From: Lepidodermella squamata
Taxonomy: Eukaryota > Animalia > Gastrotricha
Assembly (NCBI GenBank): GCA_047495785.1
Contig: JBLDXI010000029.1
Coordinates: 1,302,001 to 1,366,000 of the forward strand
DNA: 64,000 nt
Direction of reading: 5' to 3'
Below, one piece after another: positions 11,951 through 22,927 of this stretch. The notes beneath the pieces were generated by a model. It was not told the origin of the DNA and made no database searches. It worked only from the letters and a program-made list of their open reading frames with translations. Made by a program: the position numbers and the translations under genes. Position 1 is the first letter of the stretch, and the number at the start of each line of letters is the position of its first letter.

Positions 11951-12237
11951 TTTTTTGAATTTCGAAATATAAATAATGAGAGGTGTGGTGAATGAACGTC
12001 AGCAACCCTTACAATCACGGGGGCGAACCCCCTTCTTTTTATAACCTGCATTAGCATAAATTAACGGCCTTGAATTCGGGCAATCAGTTTTATTGCTAAG
12101 ATTTCGACCGTATCAGGCGTCATGTAAAAGACTTGGCTTAATTAGCCGAAAATGCTGTTATAAATAGACGGTGATATCTAATAGCGTAGGCTAAGGCTAC
12201 TATCAGCGTCTGACAGCATGAAGGATCAAAAATTGCG

Positions 12238-12513
12238 TCAGTTCTTGGGCGGGGCTCGGGCGAACCAAGTTCCTGCTGGCGCCCCGCCAGCTTGCGCCTT
12301 TAGTAGCTGAATTTTCTGCGAAATCCGAGCGCTTGGAGCCTCTTCAAATTGGCTTTCTTCGATAGCTTCAGCGGCGGAATCTCCGTCGTCGTAGAAGCCA
12401 GCTTCCTCCAGCTGCTGCTGCTGGTCCTGAACTGGCATCGGTCGCATTCGCAATTGCAGAGACAATGAAATCATCGCAAAAAGACATAGGGACAAAGTTG
12501 TAAAGTGAGCCAT
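12238..12513 (-). CDS. Secreted peptide precursor 13 (WFARAP family)
   Basis: MAHFTTLSLCLFAMISLSLQ signal; acidic middle; C-terminal GTWFARAPPKN. Confidence 0.85.
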   Translation of the reverse strand: MAHFTTLSLCLFAMISLSLQLRMRPMPVQDQQQQLEEAGFYDDGDSAAEAIEESQFEEAPSARISQKIQLLKAQAGGAPAGTWFARAPPKN

Positions 12514-12837
12514 TTTTTTACAGAAATTGCTGCTTCGATTCAAATTTTCTGCGATATATAAGCCAAAGCAGGGTGACAATTTACAGGAAGGATTAGGCTC
12601 ACGGGAGGATTAACGTGTTTTTGCAGGATTTAATTAAGATCCAAGCCTTAAAATAGTCCCCTCGACGGACGTACTGGTGTGAATCGCTACGTGTGACCGG
12701 ATATTGCTTTTTTATTAAACGCAAGCTCTTGGCAATTCGGAAACCTCACAGGGAATACACACAGTAGGCGTTAATCGTTAAGATTTCCTTTCCCCCCCAC
12801 AAGGATAAATGATAAAAGTGGTCCTTTTTATTCTAGG

Positions 12838-13074
12838 TCAGACTTTCTTCTTGTTCGATATCGGTAAGCGTCCCATCCATCGGCCTCGTTGTTGGCCCTT
12901 GCTCAAAATTGTTGTTATGTCCATTTCGCCCGATGAACTCGACCTCGATTTGCTCTTCGTTCGCCTGATTTGATTAGCCAGCAGCCATCCTAAACGCTCA
13001 TCATCTTCCTCCGGATTCGCGAAAACAGAGCTGATAAACAAGGTTAAAACAAACGCCACAAATATCGGCTTCAT
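12838..13074 (-). CDS. Secreted peptide precursor 14 (WMGRLP)
   Basis: MKPIFVAFVLTLFISSVFA signal; QQRGRWMGRLP near the C-terminus. Confidence 0.85.
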   Translation of the reverse strand: MKPIFVAFVLTLFISSVFANPEEDDERLGWLLANQIRRTKSKSRSSSSGEMDITTILSKGQQRGRWMGRLPISNKKKV

Positions 13075-13345
13075 TTTTAGCAATGTGAGAAAGTGACCAA
13101 ATGAAATGGAATAGAACCAAATACGATATGAAAATTAAAAATAAATCTAAATTGGTCAGCTGATAACAAAATTGCACTCGAAGTAAAGGGTCAAGAGGGA
13201 ATTTCTTCCTACGTTGCAGAAATAATATCGATTCTCTCTTAGGACACTATCAGAAAATTCAATCCCGTTAGGACAAAAATATAAAACAATGAGATTTTAT
13301 TGGCGTTTATAGAGTACATTTCATAGGGTACATTTCAGCCACAGG

Positions 13346-13645
13346 TCATGTAGACTTGATTGGCGGAGCTCGTCCAAACCAGGCTGCCTCTTGATTGTTG
13401 CCTCTCTGTTGCTGATGATTGTGTTGCTTCAACAGTTCTTCATAGACATTCATAAAACTCTGGCGTAAACTCGATCCATCACCTATAGCTCGTAATGAGT
13501 TGATAGCAACTATTCGCCTTTCGTTGTCTTCCGGAGTATTTTGATGTCGGGATAAGGCTTCGAGCCATAGCTTCTCGGGGTCTCGAACTATCCGTGCTGC
13601 TACCACGAGAATCAGCGAAGAGGCAATCGCAGTAACAAATAACAT
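13346..13645 (-). CDS. Secreted peptide precursor 15 (WFGRAP)
   Basis: Signal peptide; C-terminal AAWFGRAPPIKST. Confidence 0.85.
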   Translation of the reverse strand: MLFVTAIASSLILVVAARIVRDPEKLWLEALSRHQNTPEDNERRIVAINSLRAIGDGSSLRQSFMNVYEELLKQHNHQQQRGNNQEAAWFGRAPPIKST

Positions 13646-13997
13646 CGCTTTTCATCGAATACAAATTCAACCAAATCACTCCCAAGAAAAATAACGCAGC
13701 GTAGGCGAGGTCCGTCTGAGACAAAATTGCGGCCGTCTCTTATTAACATCTACAGGCTTAGTTTTTATGCAGTGATTTATGTTATTTTTACACACTTGGC
13801 TCAAGTGTGTGGAATCGCGGAAACCGATAAATTAAGTTTCTTCTAGGTTCTATCGCCTACGCTGCCAGCACTTAAAATAGAATCGATTTTATGCTTGGTC
13901 CACAACGTCCTGATTATAGTACTTATCTTCTTTATTACAAATCCATGCAATTACAATAAGGAAAACGGAAAAATGCGAGCTCAATAAGGATGACTAA

Positions 13998-14435
13998 TCA
14001 TCCTTCTCTGTTAACGATGTTGACCTGGTTTTTCACAGGCTTGCTGTCCGGGTTCCACATGGCACTGAAGAGTTTTTGAAACTTTGTTCCGATAGGAATT
14101 TTCGAGGCTTCAGTGTCGCTGTTTGTCATAACTTTGTTCCATTTCGGAGAGTTTTGAATTGCAGTTGCAGGCTGGTTGCTGAAAATTGAAAGTCGACTGT
14201 AGACATGGCTGCCTCTCATGAAGGACGGCATAGTCGGTTCTGGGGTTGTCGGTTGCATATTTTTCGTCGTCCTTCGTCTTGGCTTTCGGTCCTTTCTCCT
14301 AACAGGCATTTGAGGAGCTTTGGAGCTCTCCAGTTTTGCGGGGTCTTGAACTTCATTTCCAGTATTTAAGGTCGATGCATTTGCTAAAGCAAACACGCCG
14401 ATGAGGAAGAGAAGACATAAACTTTTGAGTAACAT
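13998..14435 (-). CDS. Secreted peptide precursor 16
   Basis: MLLKSLCLLFLIGVFALANA signal; basic cluster RRKDRKPRRR. Confidence 0.8.
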   Translation of the reverse strand: MLLKSLCLLFLIGVFALANASTLNTGNEVQDPAKLESSKAPQMPVRRKDRKPRRRTTKNMQPTTPEPTMPSFMRGSHVYSRLSIFSNQPATAIQNSPKWNKVMTNSDTEASKIPIGTKFQKLFSAMWNPDSKPVKNQVNIVNREG

Positions 14436-14930
14436 GTTGCTAAAATGAAGACAAATCAAATAAAGTCTTTTGGCATATATAAATGGCTAATGTCTGCTGG
14501 CGTTGAAAATGATGCGCATTTGTCATTTCCATCGATGGTAATCTGAATCAAGTTGCTAATGAGATAGGAACGCGTTGGAAAGTTACAGTTCTCTTAAGGA
14601 CAAAATGATTGAGCGGACATAATAATTGAATTGGCCTCCTAAGTGAATGACCGTAGATTAAACCGCGCGCATGACTATTTTGAGGCGCGGAATCGCCTAC
14701 GATGTGGCTATGATTATTCTATACTACGCACAGAATCAATAGCTTTAGTCAATTAAAATTCAGACGTGGTTGCAGAACACATGGGATTTTGAGCAGTGCA
14801 GTCGTGCTTTTTGACCGATTACTCATCATTTCGGACTTCCTTATTCATAAAATTACTCAGATTGAATTCAATGATTTATTGTTTTATGCTATAATTAACG
14901 CTAAAAGCTCGGCAAGTTCCAGCTTGCTTT

Positions 14931-15455
14931 CTATTCGCCGATTTGACGATTTGAAGTGCCTTTTCGTTCCAGATAGTCGATCAAGGCACGGCGAAGTTGC
15001 CCATTTTTGCTAATGAGATGCTCAATTAATTGCTGCTCGGTCTCGCCCTTGACAGCTGTCTTAGCCAACTCAGACGAAGTTGATGATTGAGTTGCCGCTC
15101 CTGTTTTCATCGGAGAGCGCCCGAACCAACTCTCCGCAGCTGTCCTAGATGGCGCAGCGGGGGAATCCTTCACACTACGGCCTTTGAATTGATCTACAAC
15201 GTAATTCTTCATGCTTTGTCGAGGTTTCTGAAACCCCGAAGGAACTGCATTGATCCTGCCGCGGACTGCTGAGCTCTTCACAACAGAATTAGGGGTCGGA
15301 CTCTCGACAACAGGCTCGTAGCCGCTAGGGTCTTGCTTCGCCATGTCAGAGGTTCCGCGGTAGAACGCGCTAGATGGGGGCCACCGGCTTGCTACAGGGC
15401 GGCCTAAGCAAACGCTGAAAACTACAGCCGAAATTAAAACAGTTAAATTTTTCAT
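14931..15455 (-). CDS. Secreted peptide precursor 17 (WFGRSP)
   Basis: MKNLTVLISAVVFSVCLG signal; internal ESWFGRSPMK. Confidence 0.8.
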   Translation of the reverse strand: MKNLTVLISAVVFSVCLGRPVASRWPPSSAFYRGTSDMAKQDPSGYEPVVESPTPNSVVKSSAVRGRINAVPSGFQKPRQSMKNYVVDQFKGRSVKDSPAAPSRTAAESWFGRSPMKTGAATQSSTSSELAKTAVKGETEQQLIEHLISKNGQLRRALIDYLERKGTSNRQIGE

Positions 15456-15611
15456 TTTAAATTGCATAAAAATGAGCGTGCATCAATTTTTGTCGTCGGT
15501 GATAAAAGAACCGGAATTCCCCTAAGGCTATTCGTAGGTGTTAAAAGCTTCGTCACAACTTTTTTATTTTTAATAACAAATAACAGAATTAAAAAAAATA
15601 CAGAACAAAAT

Positions 15612-15983
15612 CTAGTTCATGTTAGGTGAAAACTGCCTGTCGTAGGTTTCGATACTTCGTCGTTGTACCTCGAATTCCTTAAAGTCGTTGACGAAATCGC
15701 GCCATCGCCGTTTGTATTTGTTGTCCTGACGGCGTCTTGATTTCATGTAGGTCGGAACTTGGCTCTGGACTCCCCAAGCCTCGCCGAACTTGAGTGGCAT
15801 AGGCTGCGCTAGAATGACGATAACGCTGGTTGACGACGAACCTCCCCGGCCGTTGAGTATGTGATCATTCGGAATTTGAGGCTCGGCGGTTTTGACTTCA
15901 GAGTTTGTCAAACGAGGTGACCATTTAGCAGCTACAAAATGGAAGCAGATGCTGGTGAATATTGTTATCAGTAAAGCTGACAT
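15612..15983 (-). CDS. Secreted peptide precursor 18
   Basis: Signal peptide ending FVAA; RRR, KRR and RR sites. Confidence 0.75.
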   Translation of the reverse strand: MSALLITIFTSICFHFVAAKWSPRLTNSEVKTAEPQIPNDHILNGRGGSSSTSVIVILAQPMPLKFGEAWGVQSQVPTYMKSRRRQDNKYKRRWRDFVNDFKEFEVQRRSIETYDRQFSPNMN

Positions 15984-16300
15984 TGCTTTAAACGTGATTA
16001 AAAGATGTAATGATCATAAACTAGCATAAGGATGGTCAGCTATCAACGGCGAAATTAGGTAGATCATTCGAACGGCAGATCGGCGCGTGCAAGTGAGTAA
16101 TATCTTGATAGAAGTAAACAGATACTTCCCCACGTGGCAGCAGTGTTTGATTTCATGAATGAACCCGTCAGAGTGTGCATGTTATCTGATGAGGCTGCGA
16201 GGTTTTTCACGTCTAAGCAACCCTGGGTCATATATTACAAGAAAATTCGATCAATACAAAGCACTATTACTTCTGTTTCGTCAGAGATATGAACCTTCTT

Positions 16301-16759
16301 TTATGCAAGTTTGACGTCATTAACGTGGCAAGTGTTTTGCAAACACATATCCGGATGAGAAAGAGGAGCATTTCGAGTCAACACAATAGCCGGCCTAGGT
16401 TTAATGCTTTGTTTCGATGCGTCCATGAGCTGATTTGTTATTTTGGAGATCAGACTATGTTTGTAGTCGTTCGAATGGTTCGCGGGTGGTGAAATGCGAG
16501 ACGACCGAATGAATAACACCGCGTGGTGATTTGTCAATCGCGCGAGCACGTTCAGCTTATCGAAAAGCTTGAATCTCACGGGCAGGGGTGACGAAGCGGT
16601 GACTTTTTGGTCGCCGTCAAAGATGAAACTTGATCTCGCAGATTTTGACGCGTCATTCGACTGTTGGTGACCGATTTTAAAATTGGGCGTGGGTATCGGC
16701 CTTGCATTGCAAAGAACAAAGGCTGATACGATAAACGATAGCTCAAAATTTGAAGGCAT
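16301..16759 (-). CDS. Secreted peptide precursor 19
   Basis: Signal-like N-terminus ending LCNA-RP; one C-terminal Cys pair. Confidence 0.65.
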   Translation of the reverse strand: MPSNFELSFIVSAFVLCNARPIPTPNFKIGHQQSNDASKSARSSFIFDGDQKVTASSPLPVRFKLFDKLNVLARLTNHHAVLFIRSSRISPPANHSNDYKHSLISKITNQLMDASKQSIKPRPAIVLTRNAPLSHPDMCLQNTCHVNDVKLA

Positions 16760-17132
16760 TAAAAGTCACAGTATGAAAAGATTCCTCTTGCTGTATGGGA
16801 TCTCACTGTTCCCCTGAATTTCAACCTAGAATTCACGGTCTAATGCCTGAAGCACACGAATTATAGCGCGAAGGTCACGCTTTATGGAATTTGTTGAACC
16901 GCTGTTGTCACTCAGTTAAGAACTAAGGACCTATGAACCTATGAGTTGTATTTCTTCAGGTCAAAGCAGAGCAGCCCTTTCAAGTCAAAAAGCAAATATG
17001 ATCAATGCCATTCTTTATTTTGGGTAGCTGAGTGAAACACAAATTGTTAATCCCGTCATGTATTTCCATTATATTCAATCGAAATTACAAAGGACTGTGA
17101 ATCCAAAGTTTAGCAGAGCAAGAAGAATTTCT

Positions 17133-17591
17133 TTACTGATTATTAACTGGCCGGCCAAAATTCCGTTGAAGTTTCTGAGTATTACCAGGTCTATTGTAAG
17201 CCGACGCAGCAGCTACGTTAACCTGTTGCCGAGCTGAGTGGCTTAAAAACGGCTTAGCATAAACAGGCGCTGACACCTGTTGCTCGTCAGTTTCGTCGGC
17301 ATCATCGTCAGCAGCCGAATTCTGAGCAATCCATGCAGCAACTCGGCTGAGCTCAACCGAGGGGGTAGCCGACCGTACAATGCCGTTGTTGCTTTTAGCC
17401 AGCTGTTGCCGAGCCCCGATCGAGCCATGTCGCATTTGATTCATTCTAGTCCAAGCAGGGCTTACTTTCTCAATAGGAATCGCCACGGTTTCAATTGGAG
17501 ACCCATCGCTTGAGAAAACTACAGGACCAGGCCTAGCGTTTGCAGTCCCCAATGCAAGCAAAACCACTGGAAAAATGATTCGGGCTATCAT
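17133..17591 (-). CDS. Secreted peptide precursor 20
   Basis: MIARIIFPVVLLALGTANA signal; acidic spacer; C-terminal NFGRP. Confidence 0.85.
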   Translation of the reverse strand: MIARIIFPVVLLALGTANARPGPVVFSSDGSPIETVAIPIEKVSPAWTRMNQMRHGSIGARQQLAKSNNGIVRSATPSVELSRVAAWIAQNSAADDDADETDEQQVSAPVYAKPFLSHSARQQVNVAAASAYNRPGNTQKLQRNFGRPVNNQ

Positions 17592-17915
17592 TCCTGCTCA
17601 AAAGATATCTATTGCCAAAATTAAAATAAAAAAAAACGGATAATTTTTTTAATGAGTTTCAAATAAATTAGCCGTATTTTTTCCTTGTAAATCGCCGAAC
17701 GTGACGATGTAGAGCTAAACAGAATAGTCGTAGGTGTGAAAAGCATTAGCGTGTGATCATCGGCGATATTGCATCACCGCTCTTCCGAAACGTGTTTTCA
17801 TGCCCTTAATCCCGGCCGGATGCCCCCGCCTCTATGCGACAGATAACAAAAATAATAAAGTAATTCAATTACTAATTTATTGCGTGTTATTGTATCATAG
17901 TGCATTCTGTTTTTT

Positions 17916-18257
17916 TCACATTCCGTGCATGGCGGCCAGCGCTTCCTGCCGGCTAGCTATGTTGCCCATTTGCCAGAGGAATGCGAACCACTTAGCAGCA
18001 CGACCGGCCTGCCCCGGGTCTTCATCGATGATCTTATTATCAGCATCATGCATAACCATGTGCGATTCGCCATCTGTTGTTATCGCGAACGAATTCTTCG
18101 ACTGTTCTTTCAGCATATCGATATATTTTGCAGCTCGCTGAGTGATGATTTCAGCTCTCGGCGACACCGGTAGCATTACCTCACGAGGTATAACCCCTGC
18201 AAGTGCGCCTGAATTGAAAAATACGCAAAGAGTTACTAAAAAAGTCGAAAAATTCAT
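17916..18257 (-). CDS. Secreted peptide precursor 21
   Basis: MNFSTFLVTLCVFFNSGALA signal; AAKWFAFLW near the C-terminus. Confidence 0.75.
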   Translation of the reverse strand: MNFSTFLVTLCVFFNSGALAGVIPREVMLPVSPRAEIITQRAAKYIDMLKEQSKNSFAITTDGESHMVMHDADNKIIDEDPGQAGRAAKWFAFLWQMGNIASRQEALAAMHGM

Positions 18258-18454
18258 TGTGAAAAACACGCATAGTAACAACACGATGAGCTTTACTCAA
18301 AAAAACATCTTCAGGTACGACTTCCGGCTTCATGTCTAAAAAATCGATACAATTATCAATGTGGGAAATCTGATACGACACGAGTGCTTTATAAAATTTT
18401 CGACGCCAGTTATAATAGACTACAGACAATTTGATGATCAATTAATTAGCCCGA

Positions 18455-18991
18455 TCAATTGACAATGACTTTGCCACCGGCGTTGAAGAATTTGCGGAAA
18501 AACATCGCTGGGGCCTCTTCACCGGCTGGCTTTTGCTGCGGCACGACTTCTGCCTTGCCGCGATTGATCTTTGTGACAGGTTTTTGGCTCGGTGCCAATT
18601 GTTGCGCGTCCCAGCCCAATTCAGCGGCGATGGCTGCCGGGGGCATCATAGCCTTCAAGTTGTTCATAACGCGTCGCCTCATGCTCGCCATACCACTTTT
18701 CGTCATTGTTTGACGGGCGTTCTCTACTTCTTCCTGCGAATACCTGTGGTGAAGAGCGGCCGCAGCATCTGCCGCTCGATTGACGGTATACTCTGGGGGG
18801 TCTTGTTCGAGCATTTTGTCGAGAATAGCGTTGGTTGAATCAATAGCCTCGTCAGAATAAGGATTGCTGTCATCTTTGGCTGATCCGCCTGGCGATTGGT
18901 ACAAGCTAATCATTCCACCGCCGTAGATAGGAATAGCGGTAGCATAAGAAACCAGCCCGATAAAAGCGAACACACAAGTAATGCGCAGCAT
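18455..18991 (-). CDS. Secreted peptide precursor 22 (PAxFFR family)
   Basis: MLRITCVFAFIGLVSYATA signal; C-terminal APAMFFRKFF. Confidence 0.85.
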   Translation of the reverse strand: MLRITCVFAFIGLVSYATAIPIYGGGMISLYQSPGGSAKDDSNPYSDEAIDSTNAILDKMLEQDPPEYTVNRAADAAAALHHRYSQEEVENARQTMTKSGMASMRRRVMNNLKAMMPPAAIAAELGWDAQQLAPSQKPVTKINRGKAEVVPQQKPAGEEAPAMFFRKFFNAGGKVIVN

Positions 18992-19425
18992 GCTGAGTGT
19001 TTTAAACGTATACTAACTGACTGTGAAATGAATTTTTAGTAAATGTTCCGTGTGATATCAGAACTTGACGAGGTATCGACGATTCAACGGGAACGTGTTA
19101 GCGTGGCCGGTAAAAGAAGTACATCCTTTTCCGGCATGGTTAAAGCCTCCTCCTCATCAATCTTAGAAGAATTCTCGGCAAATGAATTGTGGGTTCCTAG
19201 GGCCAGCTATCAAATTACGCTGAGCTTGAACGGAAGAAGAAATTCAATTCATGTTAATCGACTTGATATGAGTCACAGAAAGATCATGTCGCGATTGTTA
19301 ATAAAGATCTTGTTTATTAGTTTTTAGGGAAATGTGCGCGGGAGAGACACAACACTGTTCAAACATAGATGAACATTGGTCCAATTCACTCAAATGAAAT
19401 TTTGTTAAGGCCGGAAGGCATGGAA

Positions 19426-19776
19426 TCAATATTCTGGCTTTGGCATGAACCCTCGGAAAAATTGTGCTGGAGATCGAGGAGCTGGAGTGGTAATATCTCG
19501 GCTGAATTCTCGAGCCCTTTGCCGCTCTTCTCGCAATTGCATCTTCTTCAGCTTTCTTATCAGCCGATTCTGCTGTTTTCGAGAATTCTCCGGCTCGTCC
19601 TCTTGCACCTCGGAGTCGTCGTTTGCAGCGAACGCAGACGCAGCGGTCTTCCGATCTTTCGGGCTTCCAGTGTCGTCCAGTTTTACATCTGTCTTGGCTG
19701 CTATGACTTCCTCGGAAGAAACTGTCAGTGCTGAACATACCAGGAAGGCTGCAAGAAGTACCTGCGGCGCAAGCAT
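19426..19776 (-). CDS. Secreted peptide precursor 23 (PAQFFR family)
   Basis: Signal peptide; basic helix; PRSPAQFFRGFMP; TATATAAA on the minus strand at 19842-19835. Confidence 0.85.
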   Translation of the reverse strand: MLAPQVLLAAFLVCSALTVSSEEVIAAKTDVKLDDTGSPKDRKTAASAFAANDDSEVQEDEPENSRKQQNRLIRKLKKMQLREERQRAREFSRDITTPAPRSPAQFFRGFMPKPEY

Positions 19777-20234
19777 TTTGATATTGTAAAATTGTCCGCA
19801 ACCAGAAAATGTGGGGAATATTCACGAAGCAATGTTTATATACCTAAACCCCGCAAAAAGCTATATTAAGAGTGAAATCAGCTTTTTAGCCCCGCTGAAC
19901 TTAGGCTGGAGCTAATTAACCGCAGAATAGCCAATACGGCCGCTTAGTCTCCTGAAATCCGCGGATAACGCAGGAGTAAATTGATTTTTTCCTGGCGTAA
20001 GTTTCGGTATCTCAGTTGATCCGCGATTCGCTTCCGTTTTGAACAGTTCAGACTGGAAAAGACTGTTAAATTGAAGGAATAATCGGGCGCAAAATGGAAG
20101 CTGTAAACCAGCAACGTTTCCCTGTCATCTTTACTGACAATTGACAGCATGTTTGCAATTATTAAAGTTTATTACATTCCAATCATTTCTACAATCAATT
20201 TCTGAATTTACTGGATAACTATTCGAGTATTATC

Positions 20235-20597
20235 TCAGTTTCCATCGTTGCGATGAATGAAGCTACGGAAAAACTGAGCCGGTGATCGTGGAGATGGACT
20301 CAAGTCTTTCACGGTACGGTATTTGTTCCGCCTTCGCTCCTCGCGCTCCTTCTGCCTCTGTAGCTTCCTCATTTGCTTCTTAGAGCTAATCAAATTTCCA
20401 ACCTCCGATTGCGCGTCCAGCTCGTCGAGAATCGCCGTTAGTTCGGGCGAGACACCGTTCCATAGCGTAGCACGATCGGTCTCTTCTGGATCATTTTCAA
20501 GGAAAATGAGATCACCAGCGTAAGTATCCGGATCTTCAGCTACTGCCATGTAGCCAACCAATACTGCAAAAGTAATAGCGACGAAAAGAATTTGCAT
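20235..20597 (-). CDS. Secreted peptide precursor 24 (PAQFFR family)
   Basis: Signal peptide; basic helix; PRSPAQFFRSFIH, clearly paralogous to 23. Confidence 0.85.
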   Translation of the reverse strand: MQILFVAITFAVLVGYMAVAEDPDTYAGDLIFLENDPEETDRATLWNGVSPELTAILDELDAQSEVGNLISSKKQMRKLQRQKEREERRRNKYRTVKDLSPSPRSPAQFFRSFIHRNDGN

Positions 20598-21956
20598 AAC
20601 TCAGAACTCCTGTAAAGGCAGCTAATTAATTTCGACCTAGCATGAACCAAAATTATATAATTCGAAAATGTATGTTTGCAAAAAAATCGAATATCGTTTT
20701 CAGAGCGGACGTACGAATTGATGCTGGATGGTTAAAAGCTTAACTCGCAACATGTTACTATTCAGGTATCGTATAAACTAGCGAAGGCAACTTTGATGAT
20801 AGAGTGAATTACGTATGAGATTTCTAGATTTTATAGTGCAACCATGGCACCAATTTATTTTTAGGCCTTTGCAGCCACACGTGAACTATTGTTATGGGCT
20901 TAATGCTTATTACGTTTGCAGGTCGGGGAGCAAGGAGCAACTCTGAAACTTAAATTATGCTGCTTCATGCGGGGGTCCAATCAAAGTGAGCCGTAATATT
21001 GTTGGATTAAAAAGTTAGGACATAGTATTAGATCACGAGGCTGAAACGAAAAAGGGCTATGTTACTACAGCTGGACGCCTTTGGGGTGTTTTGATCGTAT
21101 AGGAAGCCCCCGAAATATATGATTCAACGGAGTACGTGGGAAGCACGCCGTAAAAAAAAAGACAACTGGAAATAAAGGATAATAAGAAGGAAAAAGAAGA
21201 AGAATCATGTTAAACAGAAAACCTGGCGAAGAGGATTTTGAAATCTAAATCATTCCCAATTTTCAATTAGATGAATGGTTTTAATTTTTGAAAATAAATG
21301 ATGCAGAATTGTTACTCGATCGGAAATTTTACTAATATAATGCATACAACGTGGATTCTCCAACTGTGTGGGTGGATGAGAGTCCTTCATCGCTTGCCTT
21401 CGGCCACTTCAACAAACGGACGCGGTCTAGACGCTTGTCGGGCTGACTAAAACTACTATCACTATTATTATTATTAGGAATTTAGAGGCTTAAAGAGATA
21501 AATGTCTCCAAATCAGCGACTTCTGAAATACTTAAAAAGAGTGTCAACATCTAATAATAGAAGCTTTGATTTTATTAAGGCACTGAAGGAGTACTTTATT
21601 CCCGTGATGCCCCCTGGCGAAATGCGTAGTAGTTGTATCCAGGCTTTGCTCAATTCCGTAGTTTGGCAAATAACAATAAATTCCGTGAGCATCCGCTGAA
21701 TAGTCACTATATCAATAACAAACTTCAAATACGTAGGACGTAGGATGAGTAAACTTTTATCACTCCTACCTCATGGACTCCTATTACTCCGCACAGGAGC
21801 GGTTCAAAATTCATCGTCTTAACCTGGATTACTCAAATTACCCAGAGACAAAACCGTTCTCACATTTAATTTAATTTATTAACATCGATAAATTATGCAT
21901 TGAAATAATTTGTTAAGATGCATCATAAGCAGTGACTCCTCTACCTATTTCCGTGT

Positions 21957-22347
21957 CTAAGGCTTTCGAGGGTTGCCTTTCGGTTTTCGCGACAAACCTA
22001 AATAATTTCGGAAATGCTGCGCCGGAGTGTGAACGCCTGAAGCGTGCAGTTGATCAATGTATTCAGAATTTGCAGAAGACCGGTCTCTCCTGGCGGAGGA
22101 AGAAGTGTCCGCTTTCTTCCTCTTCACCGTTCGCAGCGCCTGTCCGGCTATGTGTCTCCAGACGATGGGCCTCCGTGGCACAGAAGTCATTCCATCCGCT
22201 TCCGCGTAGTCCTAAAATGAAGGTTCAAAATTAAAAATGGTGTGATATTTTTTCCCGAGAGTTTCTGACCCAATAGTCGTTGACAGAGAAAACTGCTTGG
22301 AAACTCAAAGCAAACAGCAACAAATAGCAGACAGGGTTCCTCAACAT
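21957..22347 (-). CDS. Secreted peptide precursor 25 (spliced; PAQHFR)
   Basis: Exon 1 22347-22270 MLRNPVCYLLLFALSFQAVFSVNDYW, 58-bp GT-AG intron 22269-22212, exon 2 DYAEADGMTS...KRKK...HTPAQHFRNYL...*; minus-strand AATAAA at 21875-21880. Confidence 0.75.
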
Positions 22348-22927
22348 TTGAGTCGCAAATTGTGTAAGAATAAAAAATTACAGACTGAGCTGGAAAATCC
22401 GAGTTGCACAACAAGTGTTGATTAGCCAATTTGTATTTCTATCAACGGAATTTTAATCAGACATATGACGAAATACTTTTGCTCCGCGATGAGTAATGCT
22501 TTATGGCTCGATAACTTCAATATCCGCATTAGGCAAAAATGTATTGCAACGCCTGCAAAACAAACACGCGGGGATTAGTATCTTGTTTGGCCAAGCGTGG
22601 CGAAGGGCCATGAGAAAAGATATATTTTGACCCATCATGATTTTTCATTCACATTAGCAATGATTTCATCTCCAGGGGTATCATGTGTCACATGTTTACG
22701 TGTGACAAACTCGTGGCCATCAATTGATATAACAAAAGGAAACGCGAATCTTCATTTTATTTGATCGATAATATTCATAAATCCATTCCCCGCGGAGATT
22801 TTGCGTAATAGGGGGCCGTAAATCTCACTTCATCCTCCATCATCTCAATTTGCAGGACGTCATTATCATGGCTAAGTCGGTGATTCTTCGCAAAAAACGG
22901 CTGCCACCGATAGTCGATAGCAAAATA

